64,000 bases of DNA, from NCBI GenBank assembly GCA_005879585.1, contig VBKG01000327.1, positions 11,932-75,931 on the forward strand, written 5' to 3'. This DNA is from Deltaproteobacteria bacterium. Its GTDB lineage: Bacteria; Desulfobacterota; Binatia; DP-6. Below, piece after piece: positions 59,479 to 64,000 of this stretch. The notes below the pieces were generated by a model. It was given only the letters and a program-made list of their open reading frames with translations. It was not told the origin of the DNA and searched no databases. Made by a program: the position numbers and the translations under genes. Position 1 is the first letter of the stretch. Each line of letters starts with the position of its first letter.

Positions 59479-62400
59479 TTAGAGCTGGGCGGCGCGGGTT
59501 GGGCGGGGGGACGAGGGGGACTCGACGGCGGCGACCTGTGCCTCGGATCGGCGGGGGCGCAGCCGTTGCATGCGGGCGGTGAGGGCGGTGAGCCACGCGG
59601 GACGGAGGGTGCGGAGGTCGTCGAAGAGGGAGTAGGCGACCGGGGTGATGAGGAGTGTGATCAGCAGCGAGAGCGCCTGGCCGCCGACGATGACGCGGGC
59701 GATCGAGCCGCGTGAGCCGGAGCCCGGACCCTGCCCGAGCGCGATCGGCATCATGCCGAAGATCAGCATGACTGTGGTCATCAGAATCGGCCGCAGACGT
59801 ACGCGATTGGCTTGCCGGATGGCCTCGTCGCGCGGCACGCCGCGCGCGCGGAGCGTGTTCGTGTAGTCGATCTGCAGGATGCCGTTCTTCTTGACGATGC
59901 CGAAGAGCATGAAGAGACCGAGCATGCTGTACACGTTGAGCGCCTCGCCGAGCCACATGAGCGAGAGGAGCGCGAACGGCACCGTCAGCGGCAGCGCCAG
60001 CATGATGGTGACGGGGTGCACGAAGCTCTCGAACTGCGCGGCGAGCACCATGTACATGAACACGATGCTCAGGCCGAAGGCGAGCAGGAAGTTGATGTTG
60101 CTCTCGGCGAGCGTCTTGGCGCGCCCCGTCCACTGCACGTTGTAGAGCGGCGGCATGTCGAGCTGCGCCGCGACGCGGTTCACGTGCGCGACGGCCGTGG
60201 CGAGCGGCAGCTCGGGCAGCAGGTTGGCGACGATCGTGACCGCCCGCTGCCGGTTGACGCGGTCGATCTCGGCCGGCCCGACGTCTTCGCTCAAGCGCAC
60301 GAGGTTCCGGAGTCGGACGAGCGCGCCGCCGCGGGCTCGGACCGTGAGGTCGCCGACGTCCTCCGGCGTGCGCCGGTGGCCGGCCTCCGCGCGCAGCCAG
60401 ATGTCGTACTGCTCGTCCGCCTCCTTATACTTAGAGATCGGCTGACCGGCGACGTAGGTCTGGACCGTCGCAGCGATGTCCTGGACGTTGATCCCCTGGT
60501 CCGACGCCTTCTCACGGTCGATCAGCAAGCGCAGCTCCGGCGTCCGGACGGCCAGCGTCGTGTCGACGTCGACGAGGCCCGGCAGCTCGCGCATGCCCGC
60601 CATGAGGCGGTCGGCGTAGGTCTGGAGGCGGCCGAGATCGGGACCACGGAGGTTGAGCTCGACGTCGGAGAGCCGCTGTCCACCCGTGGAGAACGGGTTC
60701 ACGCCCTGGACGCTGGCGCGCAGGTCCGGGTATTCGGTGAGCAGGCGGCGCGCGTCGGCCATGACGTCGAACTGCGAGAAGCGCCGCGCGCGCAGGTCGA
60801 CCATGCGCGCGTAGATCGATCCGCTGGTCACGTCGCCTTCGCCGGCCTTCACCCGTCCCGACGTGTCGCCGATCGTCGCCAGCACGTCCGTGACGCCGCG
60901 GAGCGCGCGCACCCGGTGCTCGATCTCCGCGAACAGGCGCGACGTCTCGGCGAGCGTGAAGCCGCCCGGTGTGCGGATCGAGATCTCGAACTCGCTCTGG
61001 TCGTCCTGCGGCAGGAACGTCTTCCCGACCCGGCCGAAGAGCGGTCCGGTGGCGAGGACGATCGCGATGGCGACGAGCACGATCACCCAGCGATGGCGGA
61101 GCGACCAGGCCAGCACGCGCCCGTACCCGCGCTCGACGAGGCGGTAGAGCCGGCCGCCTTCCGACGCGTGGCCACCGCGCCGCCGCAGCATCCGGGCGCT
61201 GAGCGACGGGGTCAGCGTGAAGGAGACGAGGAGCGACACGAAGATCGCCACCGCCACCGTCAGGCCGAAGCTGTGGAAGAAGCGCCCCACGCGGCCGGCC
61301 ATGAAGGCCACGGGCAGGAAGATGATGATGAGCGAGAGCGTCGTTGCCATGACGGCGAGCGCGATCTCCGCCGTGCCCACCGACGCCGCCTGCCGCGGCG
61401 GCATCCCCTCCTCTTCCACGTGACGGTAGATGTTCTCGAGCACCACCACGGCGTCGTCGATCACGATGCCGACGGCGAGCACGAGCGCGAGCATGGTGAC
61501 GTTGTTCAGCGTGAAGCCCATGTAGCGCATGAAGGTGAAGGTCGAGATCACCGACGTGGGAATCGCGATGCTCGCCACCACCGTGCTGCGCCAGTCGCGC
61601 ATGAAGAGGAGAACGGTCAGCGCAACCAGGATCGCGCCGAGCCACATGTGGACGCGGACCGTCTCGATCGACGCCTTGATGAACCGCGACTGGTCGCGGA
61701 TGCCGCGCATCTCGATGTCCGCGGGCAGCACCGCCCGGAGGCGGTCGAGCTCCGCCTGCACCCGGTCGATCACCTCGACGGTGTTCGTGCCGGACTGCTT
61801 GCGGACGACGAGCTGGACGGCGTTCTCGCCGTTGAGACGCGACAGTGTGCGCGGCTCCACGATGCCATCCTCGGCCGTGCCGATGTCGCGCACCCGGAGC
61901 GGCCGCTCGCCCCCGCGCGCGACGATGAGGTCGCCGAACTCCGCCGCCCGCTCGACGCGGCCCATCGTACGCACGACGAGCTCCCGGCGCGTCTGGTCGA
62001 GCCGGCCGCCCGGCAGCTCCAGGTTCTGGCGCTGGATCGTTTCGCGCACCTCGCCGATCGAGAGACCCTGCGCCGTGAGGCGATCCGGATCCACCGAGAT
62101 GTTGATGGCGCGCTCCTGCCCGCCGAGCATGATGACCTGTCCGACACCGGCGAGCGTCTCGATGTCCTCCTTCACCTGCCGGCGCGCGAGCTCGGTCACC
62201 TCGCGCAGGTTCCGGCGGCCCGAGAGCGCGATGCCCATCACCGGAATCGCGTCCACGTCGAACTTGTCGATCACCGGCGGGTCCGTACCGACGGGCAGCT
62301 GCGCCAGGACGGTCGCCACCTTGTCGCGCACGTCTTGCGCCGCGGTGTCGCGCGACTTCTCGAGCACGAACTGCACGACGATGGTCGACAGGCCCTCCTT

Positions 62401-62652
62401 GGTAATGCTGCGGAGCTCGTCGATGCCGTCGATCGTGTTGACCGCCTCCTCGAGGACCTTCGTGACGCCGGTCTCCATCTCCTCGACGCTCGCGCCCTTC
62501 AGCGTGGTGGTGACCGTGACGATCGGGAAGTCGATGTTCGGGAAGAGGTCGAGCCCGAGGCTACGGTAGGAGAAGAGGCCGAACACGACCAGCGACATGA
62601 TCAGCATGGTCGCGAACACCGGGCGGCGGATGAAGACGTCGGCGAAGCGCAT
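59479..62652 (-). CDS. RND-family efflux transporter permease (AcrB/HAE1-like)
   Basis: 1057 aa starting MRFADVFIRRPVFATMLIMSLVVFGLFSYRSLGLDLFPNIDFPIVTVTT..., with 12-TM and twin periplasmic-loop architecture. Confidence 0.9.
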   Translation of the reverse strand: MRFADVFIRRPVFATMLIMSLVVFGLFSYRSLGLDLFPNIDFPIVTVTTTLKGASVEEMETGVTKVLEEAVNTIDGIDELRSITKEGLSTIVVQFVLEKSRDTAAQDVRDKVATVLAQLPVGTDPPVIDKFDVDAIPVMGIALSGRRNLREVTELARRQVKEDIETLAGVGQVIMLGGQERAINISVDPDRLTAQGLSIGEVRETIQRQNLELPGGRLDQTRRELVVRTMGRVERAAEFGDLIVARGGERPLRVRDIGTAEDGIVEPRTLSRLNGENAVQLVVRKQSGTNTVEVIDRVQAELDRLRAVLPADIEMRGIRDQSRFIKASIETVRVHMWLGAILVALTVLLFMRDWRSTVVASIAIPTSVISTFTFMRYMGFTLNNVTMLALVLAVGIVIDDAVVVLENIYRHVEEEGMPPRQAASVGTAEIALAVMATTLSLIIIFLPVAFMAGRVGRFFHSFGLTVAVAIFVSLLVSFTLTPSLSARMLRRRGGHASEGGRLYRLVERGYGRVLAWSLRHRWVIVLVAIAIVLATGPLFGRVGKTFLPQDDQSEFEISIRTPGGFTLAETSRLFAEIEHRVRALRGVTDVLATIGDTSGRVKAGEGDVTSGSIYARMVDLRARRFSQFDVMADARRLLTEYPDLRASVQGVNPFSTGGQRLSDVELNLRGPDLGRLQTYADRLMAGMRELPGLVDVDTTLAVRTPELRLLIDREKASDQGINVQDIAATVQTYVAGQPISKYKEADEQYDIWLRAEAGHRRTPEDVGDLTVRARGGALVRLRNLVRLSEDVGPAEIDRVNRQRAVTIVANLLPELPLATAVAHVNRVAAQLDMPPLYNVQWTGRAKTLAESNINFLLAFGLSIVFMYMVLAAQFESFVHPVTIMLALPLTVPFALLSLMWLGEALNVYSMLGLFMLFGIVKKNGILQIDYTNTLRARGVPRDEAIRQANRVRLRPILMTTVMLIFGMMPIALGQGPGSGSRGSIARVIVGGQALSLLITLLITPVAYSLFDDLRTLRPAWLTALTARMQRLRPRRSEAQVAAVESPSSPRPTRAAQL

Positions 62653-62662
62653 GCGGGCCTCG

Positions 62663-63721
62663 TCAGGCGCCGGGCGCGGCGTCGGCGCGCACCACGACCG
62701 GCGTGCCGTCGGCGAGCTTGGAGAGCCCGCTCGTCACCACCTGCACGCCGCGTGCGACTCCTTCCGCGATCTCGACCCACCCGTCGCCGAGGTCGACGCC
62801 GAGCACGACCTGTCGCTCGTGCGCGACCCCCTCTTCGATGACGAACACCTTCGTGACGCCCGCGAACGTGCTGAGGGCACTCCGCGGCACGGCGAGCGCG
62901 CGGTCGTCGCGCCGCACGACGACCTCGCCGTGGCCGAAGAATCCCGGCCGCAGCCGATGGTCCTCGTTCGGCACCAGCGCCTCGAACGCGAGCGAACGGA
63001 CGGCCGGGTCCGAGGCGGCACCGATGCGGCTCACGTGGCCGACGAACGTCTCGCCCGGGAAGGCGTCGACGGTGATGCGCACGTCCTGACCGGCCGCGAG
63101 GATGGGCACGTCGCGCTCGGGCACGTCGCCGCGGAACTTCAGCGGGTCGTCCTGGACGAGCCGGAAGACCACCGTGCCCTGCTTCACGTACGAGCCTGCG
63201 TCGATCAGCCGTGCCGCGACGGAGCCGTCGAGGGGCGAGCGGATCGCCGCCCGCTCGAGCTGGATGCGCAGCTGGTCGCGACGCGCACGCGCCACCTCGA
63301 GTGCGGTCCGTACCTGCTCGTACTCCTGCGCCGAGATGACGCCGCCGCCACGCAGCGGCCGCCCGCGACCTTCATCGGCGGCCGCCTTCTCGAGGCTCGC
63401 CTCGGCCTCGCGCAGCTTCGCCTGGATCTCGTCCTCGCGCACCCGCGCGAGCACCTGGTCCCGGTGGACCCGGTCGCCGAGGTCGGCCTCGATGGCGACG
63501 AGCCGGCCCTCGATCTCGCTCGCGACCTCGGCCTGCGCCGTGGCCGCGAGCGTACCGACCACGGAGACGGTGCGCTCGACCGGTCGCACGGCGGTGTTGG
63601 CGACGGTAACGGTCACGGGCTGCGGCTTGGCTGCGGTCGACGGCTCGGCCCGCGACCGTTCGCCGCAGGCGGTTGCCGCGACGCCGAGCGCCGCGATCAG
63701 CGCGGCGGTGCGCCGGGTCAT
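62663..63721 (-). CDS. RND efflux membrane-fusion protein (periplasmic adaptor, HlyD/AcrA-like), lipoprotein
   Basis: 352 aa with a lipobox ALGVAATAC, a coiled-coil hairpin (...IQAKLREAEASLEKAAADE...) and beta-barrel/MP domains. Confidence 0.85.
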   Translation of the reverse strand: MTRRTAALIAALGVAATACGERSRAEPSTAAKPQPVTVTVANTAVRPVERTVSVVGTLAATAQAEVASEIEGRLVAIEADLGDRVHRDQVLARVREDEIQAKLREAEASLEKAAADEGRGRPLRGGGVISAQEYEQVRTALEVARARRDQLRIQLERAAIRSPLDGSVAARLIDAGSYVKQGTVVFRLVQDDPLKFRGDVPERDVPILAAGQDVRITVDAFPGETFVGHVSRIGAASDPAVRSLAFEALVPNEDHRLRPGFFGHGEVVVRRDDRALAVPRSALSTFAGVTKVFVIEEGVAHERQVVLGVDLGDGWVEIAEGVARGVQVVTSGLSKLADGTPVVVRADAAPGA

Positions 63722-64000
63722 CCCGCCATCCTCCGTCGCCGTGCCGGCAATTCGACCGCCCGCTCGAGACCGCGGAGATACAGCCGGACCACCCGGCGAG
63801 CGAAGATCTCCGGCCGCTCCTCGCCTCGGTGCTCCAGGATCGCGGCGCGGGCGAGGCCCAGCAGGAACGCGGCCGCGAGACCGCGCTGCGATGCGCGCGC
63901 GAGCCGGTGACGCGCGAGCACGCGCTCGATCGCCTGCCGGACGCGATGCCGGCGCTCGCGCGCCGCGCGCTCGTAGCGTTGCTCGTACCGCTGCACGAGG
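63718..64000 (-). CDS. partial gene (C-terminal ~92 codons), possibly TetR/AcrR-type regulator of the RND operon; 5' end beyond window
   Basis: An Arg-rich helical C-terminus (...LAAAFLLGLARAAILEHRGEERPEIFARRVVRLYLRGLE...) whose stop overlaps the MFP start (ATGA). Identity is uncertain. Confidence 0.35.
   Translation of the reverse strand, partial: LVQRYEQRYERAARERRHRVRQAIERVLARHRLARASQRGLAAAFLLGLARAAILEHRGEERPEIFARRVVRLYLRGLERAVELPARRRRMAG

Overview
This is a high-GC (~70%) bacterial chromosome segment made up almost entirely of core housekeeping genes.

Positions 1-30718 form one contiguous minus-strand array of translation and transcription genes, about 30.7 kb long with no gap above 160 nt. 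In transcription order it runs: four tRNAs (Thr-Tyr-Gly-Thr), rpmG, tRNA-Trp, secE-nusG, rplKAJL, rpoB, rpoC, rpsL-rpsG-fusA-tuf, the S10 cluster, the spc cluster, secY-adk-map-infA-rpmJ, and rpsM-rpsK-rpsD-rpoA. rpoA is truncated at the window edge.

Downstream features, in order:
- rlmB (minus strand) and, facing it, lptF-lptG (plus strand).
- argC, rpsI-rplM, tRNA-Asp, tRNA-Val and hupB.
- The protein quality-control cluster lon, clpX, clpP and tig, preceded by tRNA-Leu.
- A candidate membrane protein with PKD-like repeats, a proline-rich linker and an NTF2/SnoaL-like C-terminal domain, next to a ClC-type channel and a MarR regulator with an AT-rich palindromic operator.
- A small hypothetical protein, degP/htrA, a VOC/glyoxalase-family gene, a carotenoid-cleavage-type oxygenase and a TetR regulator with a 16-bp palindromic operator.
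- tamA-tamB on the plus strand.
- pgl, thiD, an RRM RNA-binding protein and yqgE/algH.
- An RND efflux pair (permease plus membrane-fusion protein) with a partial upstream regulator.

I found no rRNA, CRISPR array, transposase or obvious prophage or defence island.

The less ordinary observations are:
- a 50-codon ORF that exactly fills the rpoB-rpoC spacer;
- an lptF homologue with no canonical start codon in a head-to-head overlap with rlmB;
- the candidate PKD/NTF2 membrane protein;
- leaderless-looking MarR and TetR regulators with operators;
- a 20-bp perfect inverted repeat flanking 88 nt between convergent genes.

The many long ORFs antisense to real genes are GC3 artefacts.
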